From Auanema rhodensis (Eukaryota > Animalia > Nematoda): 64,000 nucleotides of DNA. The translations under genes and the position numbers were made by a program. A model generated the notes under the pieces. It did not search any database. It had not been told where the DNA came from and saw only the letters and a program-made list of their open reading frames with translations. This document shows positions 24,220 to 37,700 of the stretch, piece by piece (the stretch's first letter is position 1; the number at the start of each line of letters is the position of its first letter). The stretch is from positions 20,894,001-20,958,000 of the forward strand of contig OZ059897.1 in assembly GCA_964057225.1 (NCBI GenBank), given 5' to 3'.

Positions 24220-27200
24220 ATCGTTTGAAAAATGATGCATTAGTGTATGTTGAGTTTCCATGTACACTCAACATTGCTTCCAAAAACATTTTGACAAAAA
24301 TTTTTTCGAAAAATTTCAAAATAATTTAGCAAAAAGTAGATGTTTTAAGATTCCATTTTTCAAGGCAAAGACGATGGACAATGTTATTCAACGAAAAAAT
24401 TAATTCTTCAGGGTGAAAATCGAGGATATAAGTGTGAACTTATATCAGTTGATATCTCGGTGCTTTTTTAAGCTAGCGCAAATCTGATAACACAGATCGA
24501 CGCAGCTTAAAAATCCGCATCGAATGCACTATACTACATTGAGAAAAACTTAATACAAAAATTAGTTATGATCGTTTGAAAAATGATGCATTAGTGTATG
24601 TTGAGTTTCCATGTACACTCAACATTGCTTCCAAAAACATTTTGACAAAAATTTTTTCGAAAAATTTCAAAATAATTTAGCAAAAAGTAGATGTTTTTAG
24701 ATTCCATTTTTCAAGGCAAAGACGATAGACAATGTTATTCAACGAAAAAGTTAATTCTTCAGGGTGAAAATCGAGGATATAAGTGTGAACTTATATCAGT
24801 TGATATCTCGGTGCATTTTTAAGCTAGCGCAAATCTGATAACACAGATCGACGCAGCTTAAAAATCCGCATCGAATGCACTATATTACATTGAGAAACAC
24901 TTGATACAAAAATTAGTTATGATCGTTTGAAAAATGATGCATTAGTGTATGTTGAGTTTCCATGTACACTCAACATTGCTTCCAAAAACATTTTGACAAA
25001 AATTTTTTCGAAAAATTTCAAAATAATTTAGCAAAAAGTAGATGTTTTAAGATTCCATTTTTCAAGGCAAAGACGATGAACAATGTTATTCAACGAAAAA
25101 ATTAATTCTTCAGGGTGAAAATCGAGGATATAAGTGTGAACTTATATCAGTTGATATCTCGGTGCATTTTTAAGCTAGCGCAAATCTGAAAACACAGATC
25201 GACGCAGCTTAAAAATCCGCATCGAATGCACTATACTACATTGAGAAAAACTTAATACAAAAATTAGTTATGATCGTTTGAAAAATGATGCATTAGTGTA
25301 TGTTGAGTTTCCATGTACACTCAACATTGCTTCCAAAAACATTTTGACAAAAATTTTTTCGAAAAATTTCAAAATAATTTAGCAAAAAGTAGATGTTTTT
25401 AAATTCCATTTTTCAAGGCAAAGACGATGGACAATGTTATTCAACGAAAAAATTGATTCTTCAGGGTGAAAATCGAGGATATAAGTGTGAACTTATATCA
25501 GTTGATATCTCGGTGCATTTTTAAGCTAGCGCAAATCTGATAACACAGATCGACGCAGCTTAAAAATCCGCATCGAATGCACTATACTACATTGAGAAAA
25601 GCTTAATACAAAAATTAGTTATGATCGTTTGAAAAATGATGCATTAGTGTATGTTGAGTTTCCATGTACACTCAACATTGCTTCCAAAAACATTTTGACA
25701 AAAATTTTTTCGAAAAATTTCAAAATAATTTAGCAAAAAGTAGATGTTTTTAGATTCCATTTTTCAAGGCAAAGACGATAGACAATGTTATTCAACGAAA
25801 AAGTTAATTCTTCAGGGTGAAAATCGAGGATATAAGTGTGAACTTATATCAGTTGATATCTCGGTGCATTTTTAAGCTAGCGCAAATCTGATAACACAGA
25901 TCGACGCAGCTTAAAAATCCGCATCGAATGCACTATATTACATTGAGAAACACTTGATACAAAAATTAGTTATGATCGTTTGAAAAATGATGCATTAGTG
26001 TATGTTGAGTTTCCATGTACACTCAACATTGCTTCCAAAAACATTTTGACAAAAATTTTTTCGAAAAATTTCAAAATAATTTAGCAAAAAGTAGATGTTT
26101 TAAGATTCCATTTTTCAAGGCAAAGACGATGGACAATGTTATTCAACGAAAAAATTAATTCTTCAGGGTGAAAATCGAGGATATAAGTGTGAACTTATAT
26201 CAGTTGATATCTCGGTGCATTTTTAAGCTAGCGCAAATCTGAAAACACAGATCGACGCAGCTTAAAAATCCGCATCGAATGCACTATACTACATTGAGAA
26301 ACACTTGATACAAAAATTAGTTATGATCGTTTGAAAAATGATGCATTAGTGTATGTTGAGTTTCCATGTACACTCAACATTGCTTCCAAAAACATTTTGA
26401 CAAAAATTTTTTCGAAAAATTTCAAAATAATTTAGCAAAAAGTAGATGTTTTAAGATTCCATTTTTCAAGGCAAAGACGATGGACAATGTTATTCAACGA
26501 AAAAATTAATTCTTCAGGGTGAAAATCGAGGATATAAGTGTGAACTTATATCAGTTGATATCTCGGTGCATTTTTAAGCTAGCGCAAATCTGAAAACACA
26601 GATCGACGCAGCTTAAAAATCCGCATCGAATGCACTATACTACATTGAGAAAAACTTAATACAAAAATTAGTTATGATCGTTTGAAAAATGATGCATTAG
26701 TGTATGTTGAGTTTCCATGTACACTCAACATTGCTTCCAAAAACATTTTGACAAAAATTTTTTCGAAAAATTTCAAAATAATTTAGCAAAAAGTAGATGT
26801 TTTTAGATTCCATTTTTCAAGGCAAAGACGATGGACAATGTTATTCAACGAAAAAATTGATTCTTCAGGGTGAAAATCGAGGATATAAGTGTGAACTTAT
26901 ATCAGTTGATATCTCGGTGCATTTTTAAGCTAGCGCAAATCTGATAACACAGATCGACGCAGCTTAAAAATCCGCATCGAATGCACTATACTACATTGAG
27001 AAAAGCTTAATACAAAAATTAGTTATGATCGTTTGAAAAATGATGCATTAGTGTATGTTGAGTTTCCATGTACACTCAACATTGCTTCCAAAAACATTTT
27101 GACAAAAATTTTTTCGAAAAATTTCAAAATAATTTAGCAAAAAGTAGATGTTTTTAGATTCCATTTTTCAAGGCAAAGACGATAGACAATGTTATTCAAC

Positions 27201-30200
27201 GAAAAAGTTAATTCTTCAGGGTGAAAATCGAGGATATAAGTGTGAACTTATATCAGTTGATATCTCGGTGCATTTTTAAGCTAGCGCAAATCTGATAACA
27301 CAGATCGACGCAGCTTAAAAATCCGCATCGAATGCACTATATTACATTGAGAAACACTTGATACAAAAATTAGTTATGATCGTTTGAAAAATGATGCATT
27401 AGTGTATGTTGAGTTTCCATGTACACTCAACATTGCTTCCAAAAACATTTTGACAAAAATTTTTTCGAAAAATTTCAAAATAATTTAGCAAAAAGTAGAT
27501 GTTTTTAGATTCCATTTTTCAAGGCAAAGACGATGGACAATGTTATTCAACGAAAAAATTGATTCTTCAGGGTGAAAATCGAGGATATAAGTGTGAACTT
27601 ATATCAGTTGATATCTCGGTGCATTTTTAAGCTAGCGCAAATCTGATAACACAGATCGACGCAGTTTAAAAATCCGCATCGAATGCACTATACTACATTG
27701 AGAAAAGCTTAATACAAAAATTAGTTATGATCGTTTGAAAAATGATGCATTAGTGTATGTTGAGTTTCCATGTACACTCAACATTGCTTCCAAAAACATT
27801 TTGACAAAAATTTTTTCGAAAAATTTCAAAATAATTTAGCAAAAAGTAGATGTTTTTAGATTCCATTTTTCAAGGCAAAGACGATGGACAATGTTATTCA
27901 ACGAAAAAATTGATTCTTCAGGGTGAAAATCGAGGATATAAGTGTGAACTTATATCAGTTGATATCTCGGTGCATTTTTAAGCTAGCGCAAATCTGATAA
28001 CACAGATCGACGCAGCTTAAAAATCCGCATCGAATGCACTATACTACATTGAGAAAAGCTTAATACAAAAATTAGTTATGATCGTTTGAAAAATGATGCA
28101 TTAGTGTATGTTGAGTTTCCATGTACACTCAACATTGCTTCCAAAAACATTTTGACAAAAATTTTTTCGAAAAATTTCAAAATAATTTAGCAAAAAGTAG
28201 ATGTTTTTAGATTCCATTTTTCAAGGCAAAGACGATAGACAATGTTATTCAACGAAAAAGTTAATTCTTCAGGGTGAAAATCGAGGATATAAGTGTGAAC
28301 TTATATCAGTTGATATCTCGGTGCATTTTTAAGCTAGCGCAAATCTGATAACACAGATCGACGCAGCTTAAAAATCCGCATCGAATGCACTATATTACAT
28401 TGAGAAACACTTGATACAAAAATTAGTTATGATCGTTTGAAAAATGATGCATTAGTGTAAGTTGAGTTTCCATGTACACTCAACATTGCTTCCAAAAACA
28501 TTTTGACAAAAATTTTTTCGAAAAATTTCAAAATAATTTAGCAAAAAGTAGATGTTTTAAGATTCCATTTTTCAAGGCAAAGACGATGGACAATGTTATT
28601 CAACGAAAAAATTAATTCTTCAGGGTGAAAATCGAGGATATAAGTGTGAACTTATATCAGTTGATATCTCGGTGCATTTTTAAGCTAGCGCAAATCTGAA
28701 AACACAGATCGACGCAGCTTAACAATCCGCATCGAATGCACTATACTACATTGAGAAAAACTTAATACAAAAATTAGTTATGATCGTTTGAAAAATGATG
28801 CATTAGTGTATGTTGAGTTTCCATGTACACTCAACATTGCTTCCAAAAACATTTTGACAAAAATTTTTTCGAAAAATTTCAAAATAATTTAGCAAAAAGT
28901 AGATGTTTTTAGATTCCATTTTTCAAGGCAAAGACGATGGACAATGTTATTCAACGAAAAAATTGATTCTTCAGGGTGAAAATCGAGGATATAAGTGTGA
29001 ACTTATATCAGTTGATATCTCGGTGCATTTTTAAGCTAGCGCAAATCTGATAACACAGATCGACGCAGCTTAAAAATCCGCATCGAATGCACTATACTAC
29101 ATTGAGAAAAGCTTAATACAAAAATTAGTTATGATCGTTTGAAAAATGATGCATTAGTGTATGTTGAGTTTCCATGTACACTCAACATTGCTTCCAAAAA
29201 CATTTTGACAAAAATTTTTTCGAAAAATTTCAAAATAATTTAGCAAAAAGTAGATGTTTTTAGATTCCATTTTTCAAGGCAAAGACGATAGACAATGTTA
29301 TTCAACGAAAAAGTTAATTCTTCAGGGTGAAAATCGAGGATATAAGTGTGAACTTATATCAGTTGATATCTCGGTGCATTTTTAAGCTAGCGCAAATCTG
29401 ATAACACAGATCGACGCAGCTTAAAAATCCGCATCGAATGCACTATATTACATTGAGAAACACTTGATACAAAAATTAGTTATGATCGTTTGAAAAATGA
29501 TGCATTAGTGTATGTTGAGTTTCCATGTACACTCAACATTGCTTCCAAAAACATTTTGACAAAAATTTTTTCGAAAAATTTCAAAATAATTTAGCAAAAA
29601 GTAGATGTTTTAAGATTCCATTTTTCAAGGCAAAGACGATGGACAATGTTATTCAACGAAAAAATTAATTCTTCAGGGTGAAAATCGAGGATATAAGTGT
29701 GAACTTATATCAGTTGATATCTCGGTGCATTTTTAAGCTAGCGCAAATCTGAAAACACAGATCGACGCAGCTTAACAATCCGCATCGAATGCACTATACT
29801 ACATTGAGAAAAACTCAATACAAAAATTAGTTATGATCGTTTGAAAAATGATGCATTAGTGTATGTTGAGTTTCCATGTACACTCAACATTGCTTCCAAA
29901 AACATTTTGACAAAAATTTTTTCGAAAAATTTCAAAATAATTTAGCAAAAAGTAGATGTTTTTAGATTCCATTTTTCAAGGCAAAGACGATGGACAATGT
30001 TATTCAACGAAAAAATTGATTCTTCAGGGTGAAAATCGAGGATATAAGTGTGAACATATATCAGTTGATATCTCGGTGCATTTTTAAGCTAGCGCAAATC
30101 TGATAACACAGATCGACGCAGCTTAAAAATCCGCATCGAATGCACTATACTACATTGAGAAAAGCTTAATACAAAAATTAGTTATGATCGTTTGAAAAAT

Positions 30201-33200
30201 GATGCATTAGTGTATGTTGAGTTTCCATGTACACTCAACATTGCTTCCAAAAACATTTTGACAAAAATTTTTTCGAAAAATTTCAAAATAATTTAGCAAA
30301 AAGTAGATGTTTTTAGATTCCATTTTTCAAGGCAAAGACGATGGACAATGTTATTCAACGAAAAAATTGATTCTTCAGGGTGAAAATCGAGGATATAAGT
30401 GTGAACTTATATCAGTTGATATCTCGGTGCATTTTTAAGCTAGCGCAAATCTGATAACACAGATCGACGCAGCTTAAAAATCCGCATCGAATGCACTATA
30501 CTACATTGAGAAAAGCTTAATACAAAAATTAGTTATGATCGTTTGAAAAATGATGCATTAGTGTATGTTGAGTTTCCATGTACACTCAACATTGCTTCCA
30601 AAAACATTTTGACAAAAATTTTTTCGAAAAATTTCAAAATAATTTAGCAAAAAGTAGATGTTTTTAGATTCCATTTTTCAAGGCAAAGACGATAGACAAT
30701 GTTATTCAACGAAAAAGTTAATTCTTCAGGGTGAAAATCGAGGATATAAGTGTGAACTTATATCAGTTGATATCTCGGTGCATTTTTAAGCTAGCGCAAA
30801 TCTGATAACACAGATCGACGCAGCTTAAAAATCCGCATCGAATGCACTATATTACATTGAGAAACACTTGATACAAAAATTAGTTATGATCGTTTGAAAA
30901 ATGATGCATTAGTGTATGTTGAGTTTCCATGTACACTCAACATTGCTTCCAAAAACATTTTGACAAAAATTTTTTCGAAAAATTTCAAAATAATTTAGCA
31001 AAAAGTAGATGTTTTTAGATTCCATTTTTCAAGGCAAAGACGATGGACAATGTTATTCAACGAAAAAATTGATTCTTCAGGGTGAAAATCGAGGATATAA
31101 GTGTGAACTTATATCAGTTGATATCTCGGTGCATTTTTAAGCTAGCGCAAATCTGATAACACAGATCGACGCAGTTTAAAAATCCGCATCGAATGCACTA
31201 TACTACATTGAGAAAAGCTTAATACAAAAATTAGTTATGATCGTTTGAAAAATGATGCATTAGTGTATGTTGAGTTTCCATGTACACTCAACATTGCTTC
31301 CAAAAACATTTTGACAAAAATTTTTTCGAAAAATTTCAAAATAATTTAGCAAAAAGTAGATGTTTTTAGATTCCATTTTTCAAGGCAAAGACGATGGACA
31401 ATGTTATTCAACGAAAAAATTGATTCTTCAGGGTGAAAATCGAGGATATAAGTGTGAACTTATATCAGTTGATATCTCGGTGCATTTTTAAGCTAGCGCA
31501 AATCTGATAACACAGATCGACGCAGCTTAAAAATCCGCATCGAATGCACTATACTACATTGAGAAAAGCTTAATACAAAAATTAGTTATGATCGTTTGAA
31601 AAATGATGCATTAGTGTATGTTGAGTTTCCATGTACACTCAACATTGCTTCCAAAAACATTTTGACAAAAATTTTTTCGAAAAATTTCAAAATAATTTAG
31701 CAAAAAGTAGATGTTTTTAGATTCCATTTTTCAAGGCAAAGACGATAGACAATGTTATTCAACGAAAAAGTTAATTCTTCAGGGTGAAAATCGAGGATAT
31801 AAGTGTGAACTTATATCAGTTGATATCTCGGTGCATTTTTAAGCTAGCGCAAATCTGATAACACAGATCGACGCAGCTTAAAAATCCGCATCGAATGCAC
31901 TATATTACATTGAGAAACACTTGATACAAAAATTAGTTATGATCGTTTGAAAAATGATGCATTAGTGTAAGTTGAGTTTCCATGTACACTCAACATTGCT
32001 TCCAAAAACATTTTGACAAAAATTTTTTCGAAAAATTTCAAAATAATTTAGCAAAAAGTAGATGTTTTAAGATTCCATTTTTCAAGGCAAAGACGATGGA
32101 CAATGTTATTCAACGAAAAAATTAATTCTTCAGGGTGAAAATCGAGGATATAAGTGTGAACTTATATCAGTTGATATCTCGGTGCATTTTTAAGCTAGCG
32201 CAAATCTGAAAACACAGATCGACGCAGCTTAACAATCCGCATCGAATGCACTATACTACATTGAGAAAAACTTAATACAAAAATTAGTTATGATCGTTTG
32301 AAAAATGATGCATTAGTGTATGTTGAGTTTCCATGTACACTCAACATTGCTTCCAAAAACATTTTGACAAAAATTTTTTCGAAAAATTTCAAAATAATTT
32401 AGCAAAAAGTAGATGTTTTTAGATTCCATTTTTCAAGGCAAAGACGATGGACAATGTTATTCAACGAAAAAATTGATTCTTCAGGGTGAAAATCGAGGAT
32501 ATAAGTGTGAACTTATATCAGTTGATATCTCGGTGCATTTTTAAGCTAGCGCAAATCTGATAACACAGATCGACGCAGCTTAAAAATCCGCATCGAATGC
32601 ACTATACTACATTGAGAAAAGCTTAATACAAAAATTAGTTATGATCGTTTGAAAAATGATGCATTAGTGTATGTTGAGTTTCCATGTACACTCAACATTG
32701 CTTCCAAAAACATTTTGACAAAAATTTTTTCGAAAAATTTCAAAATAATTTAGCAAAAAGTAGATGTTTTTAGATTCCATTTTTCAAGGCAAAGACGATA
32801 GACAATGTTATTCAACGAAAAAGTTAATTCTTCAGGGTGAAAATCGAGGATATAAGTGTGAACTTATATCAGTTGATATCTCGGTGCATTTTTAAGCTAG
32901 CGCAAATCTGATAACACAGATCGACGCAGCTTAAAAATCCGCATCGAATGCACTATATTACATTGAGAAACACTTGATACAAAAATTAGTTATGATCGTT
33001 TGAAAAATGATGCATTAGTGTATGTTGAGTTTCCATGTACACTCAACATTGCTTCCAAAAACATTTTGACAAAAATTTTTTCGAAAAATTTCAAAATAAT
33101 TTAGCAAAAAGTAGATGTTTTAAGATTCCATTTTTCAAGGCAAAGACGATGGACAATGTTATTCAACGAAAAAATTAATTCTTCAGGGTGAAAATCGAGG

Positions 33201-34749
33201 ATATAAGTGTGAACTTATATCAGTTGATATCTCGGTGCATTTTTAAGCTAGCGCAAATCTGAAAACACAGATCGACGCAGCTTAACAATCCGCATCGAAT
33301 GCACTATACTACATTGAGAAAAACTCAATACAAAAATTAGTTATGATCGTTTGAAAAATGATGCATTAGTGTATGTTGAGTTTCCATGTACACTCAACAT
33401 TGCTTCCAAAAACATTTTGACAAAAATTTTTTCGAAAAATTTCAAAATAATTTAGCAAAAAGTAGATGTTTTTAGATTCCATTTTTCAAGGCAAAGACGA
33501 TGGACAATGTTATTCAACGAAAAAATTGATTCTTCAGGGTGAAAATCGAGGATATAAGTGTGAACATATATCAGTTGATATCTCGGTGCATTTTTAAGCT
33601 AGCGCAAATCTGATAACACAGATCGACGCAGCTTAAAAATCCGCATCGAATGCACTATACTACATTGAGAAAAGCTTAATACAAAAATTAGTTATGATCG
33701 TTTGAAAAATGATGCATTAGTGTATGTTGAGTTTCCATGTACACTCAACATTGCTTCCAAAAACATTTTGACAAAAATTTTTTCGAAAAATTTCAAAATA
33801 ATTTAGCAAAAAGTAGATGTTTTTAGATTCCATTTTTCAAGGCAAAGACGATAGACAATGTTATTCAACGAAAAAGTTAATTCTTCAGGGTGAAAATCGA
33901 GGATATAAGTGTGAACTTATATCAGTTGATATCTCGGTGCATTTTTAAGCTAGCGCAAATCTGATAACACAGATCGACGCAGCTTAAAAATCCGCATCGA
34001 ATGCACTATATTACATTGAGAAACACTTGATACAAAAATTAGTTATGATCGTTTGAAAAATGATGCATTAGTGTATGTTGAGTTTCCATGTACACTCAAC
34101 ATTGCTTCCAAAAACATTTTGACAAAAATTTTTTCGAAAAATTTCAAAATAATTTAGCAAAAAGTAGATGTTTTTAGATTCCATTTTTCAAGGCAAAGAC
34201 GATGGACAATGTTATTCAACGAAAAAATTGATTCTTCAGGGTGAAAATCGAGGATATAAGTGTGAACTTATATCAGTTGATATCTCGGTGCATTTTTAAG
34301 CTAGCGCAAATCTGATAACACAGATCGACGCAGCTTAAAAATCCGCATCGAATGCACTATACTACATTGAGAAAAGCTTAATACAAAAATTAGTTATGAT
34401 CGTTTGAAAAATGATGCATTAGTGTATGTTGAGTTTCCATGTACACTCAACATTGCTTCCAAAAACATTTTGACAAAAATTTTTTCGAAAAATTTCAAAA
34501 TAATTTAGCAAAAAGTAGATGTTTTTAGATTCCATTTTTCAAGGCAAAGACGATGGACAATGTTATTCAACGAAAAAATTGATTCTTCAGGGTGAAAATC
34601 GAGGATATAAGTGTGAACTTATATCAGTTGATATCTCGGTGCATTTTTAAGCTAGCGCAAATCTGATAACACAGATCGACGCAGCTTAAAAATCCGCATC
34701 GAATGCACTATACTACATTGAGAAAAGCTTAATACAAAAATTAGTTATG
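24220..34749. repeat. Satellite sub-domain 2 (monomers 70-99), built from three monomer types
   Basis: Only types carrying T128A (mostly with T269A), A183G (first at 25455), or G157A+A180G without G110C; usually in a 3-mer order. Confidence 0.85.
26677..33696. repeat. Tandem duplication of a 10-monomer (3510-bp) block
   Basis: Rare SNPs recur at exactly +3510: 27665/31175, 28460/31970, 28723/32233, 29816/33326, 30056/33566. Confidence 0.92.
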
Positions 34750-37700
34750 ATCGTTTGAAAAATGATGCATTAGTGTATGTTGAGTTTCCATGTACACTCA
34801 ACATTGCTTCCAAAAACATTTTGACAAAAATTTTTTCGAAAAATTTCAAAATAATTTAGCAAAAAGTAGATGTTTTTAGATTCCACTTTTCAAGGCAAAG
34901 ACGATGGACAATGTTATTCAACGAAAAAATTAATTCTTCAGGGTGAAAATCGAGGATATAAGTGTGAACTTATATCAGTTGATATCTCGGTGCATTTTTA
35001 AGCTAGCGCAAATCTGATAACACAGATCGACGCAGCTTAAAAATCCGCATCGAATGCACTATACTACATTGAAAAACGCTTAATACAAGAATTAGTTATG
35101 ATCGTTTGAAAAATGATGCATTAGTGTATGTTGAGTTTCCATGTACACTCAACATTGCTTCCAAAAACATTTTGACAAAAATTTTTTCGAAAAATTTCAA
35201 AATAATTTAGCGAAAAGTAGATGTTTTTAGATTCGATTTTTCAAGGCAAAGACGATGGACAATGTTATTCAACGAAAAAATTAATTCTTCAGGGTGAAAA
35301 TCGAGGATATAAGTGTGAACTTATATCAGTTGATATCTCGGTGCATTTTTAAGCTAGCGCAAATCTGATAACACAGATCGACGCAGCTTAAAAATCCGCA
35401 TCGAATGCACTATACTACATTGAAAAACGCTTGATACAAAAATTAGTTATGATCGTTTGAAAAATGATGCATTAGTGTATGTTGAGTTTCCATGTACACT
35501 CAACATTGCTTCCAAAAACATTTTGACAAAAATTTTTTCGAAAAATTTCAAAATAATTTAGCAAAAAGTAGATGTTTTTAGATTCCTTTTCTCAAGGCAA
35601 AGACGATGGACAATGTTATTCAACGAAAAAATTATTTCTTCAGGGTGAAAATCGAGGATATAAGTGTGAACTTATATCAGTTGATATCTCGGTGCATTTT
35701 TAAGCTAGCGCAAATCTGATAACACAGATCGACGCAGCTTAAAAATCCGGATCGAATGCACTATACTACATTAAGAAACGCTTGATACAAAAATTAGTTA
35801 TGATCGTTTGAAAAATGATGCATTAGTGTATGTTGAGTTTCCATGTACACTCAACATTGCTTCCAAAAACATTTTGACAAAAATTTTTTCGAAAAATTTC
35901 AAAATAATTTAGCAAAAAGTAGATGTTTTTAGATTCCATTTTTCAAGGCAAAGACGATAGACAATGTTATTCAACGGAAAAGTTAATTCTTCAGGGTGAA
36001 AATCGAGGATATAAGTGTGAACTTATATCAGTTGATATCTCGGTGCATTTTTAAGCTAGCGCAAATCTGATAACACAGATGGACGCAGCTTAAAAATCCG
36101 CATCGAATGCACTATACTACATTGAGAAAAGCTTAATACAAAAATTAGTTATGATCGTTTGAAAAATGATGCATTAGTGTATGTTGAGTTTCCATGTACA
36201 CTCAACATTGCTTCCAAAAACATTTTGACAAAAATTTTTTCGAAAAATTTCAAAATAATTTAGCAAAAAGTAGATGTTTTTAGATTCCATTTTTCAAGGC
36301 AAAGACGATGGACAATGTTATTCAACGAAAAAATTAATTCTTCAGGGTGAAAATCGAGGATATAAGTGTGAACTTATATCAGTTGATATCTCGGTGCATT
36401 TTTAAGCTAGCGCAAATCTGATAACACAGATCGACGCAGCTTAAAAATCCGCATCGAATGCACTATACTACATTGAAAAACGCTTAATACAAAAATTAGT
36501 TATGATCGTTTGAAAAATGATGCATTAGTGTATGTTGAGTTTCCATGTACACTCAACATTGCTTCCAAAAACATTTTGACAAAAATTTTTTCGAAAAATT
36601 TCAAAATAATTTAGCGAAAAGTAGATGTTTTTAGATTCGATTTTTCAAGGCAAAGACGATGGACAATGTTATTCAACGAAAAAATTAATTCTTCAGGGTG
36701 AAAATCGAGGATATAAGTGTGAACTTATATCAGTTGATATCTCGGTGCATTTTTAAGCTAGCGCAAATCTGATAACACAGATCGACGCAGCTTAAAAATC
36801 CGCATCGAATGCACTATACTACATTGAAAAACGCTTGATACAAAAATTAGTTATGATCGTTTGAAAAATGATGCATTAGTGTATGTTGAGTTTCCATGTA
36901 CACTCAACATTGCTTCCAAAAACATTTTGACAAAAATTTTTTCGAAAAATTTCAAAATAATTTAGCAAAAAGTAGATGTTTTTAGATTCCTTTTCTCAAG
37001 GCAAAGACGATGGACAATGTTATTCAACGAAAAAATTATTTCTTCAGGGTGAAAATCGAGGATATAAGTGTGAACTTATATCAGTTGATATCTCGGTGCA
37101 TTTTTAAGCTAGCGCAAATCTGATAACACAGATCGACGCAGCTTAAAAATCCGGATCGAATGCACTATACTACATTAAGAAACGCTTGATACAAAAATTA
37201 GTTATGATCGTTTGAAAAATGATGCATTAGTGTATGTTGAGTTTCCATGTACACTCAACATTGCTTCCAAAAACATTTTGACAAAAATTTTTTCGAAAAA
37301 TTTCAAAATAATTTAGCGAAAAGTAGATGTTTTTAGATTCGATTTTTCAAGGCAAAGACGATGGACAATGTTATTCAACGAAAAAATTAATTCTTCAGGG
37401 TGAAAATCGAGGATATAAGTGTGAACTTATATCAGTTGATATCTCGGTGCATTTTTAAGCTAGCGCAAATCTGATAACACAGATCGACGCAGCTTAAAAA
37501 TCCGCATCGAATGCACTATACTACATTGAAAAACGCTTGATACAAAAATTAGTTATGATCGTTTGAAAAATGATGCATTAGTGTATGTTGAGTTTCCATG
37601 TACACTCAACATTGCTTCCAAAAACATTTTGACAAAAATTTTTTCGAAAAATTTCAAAATAATTTAGCAAAAAGTAGATGTTTTTAGATTCCTTTTCTCA

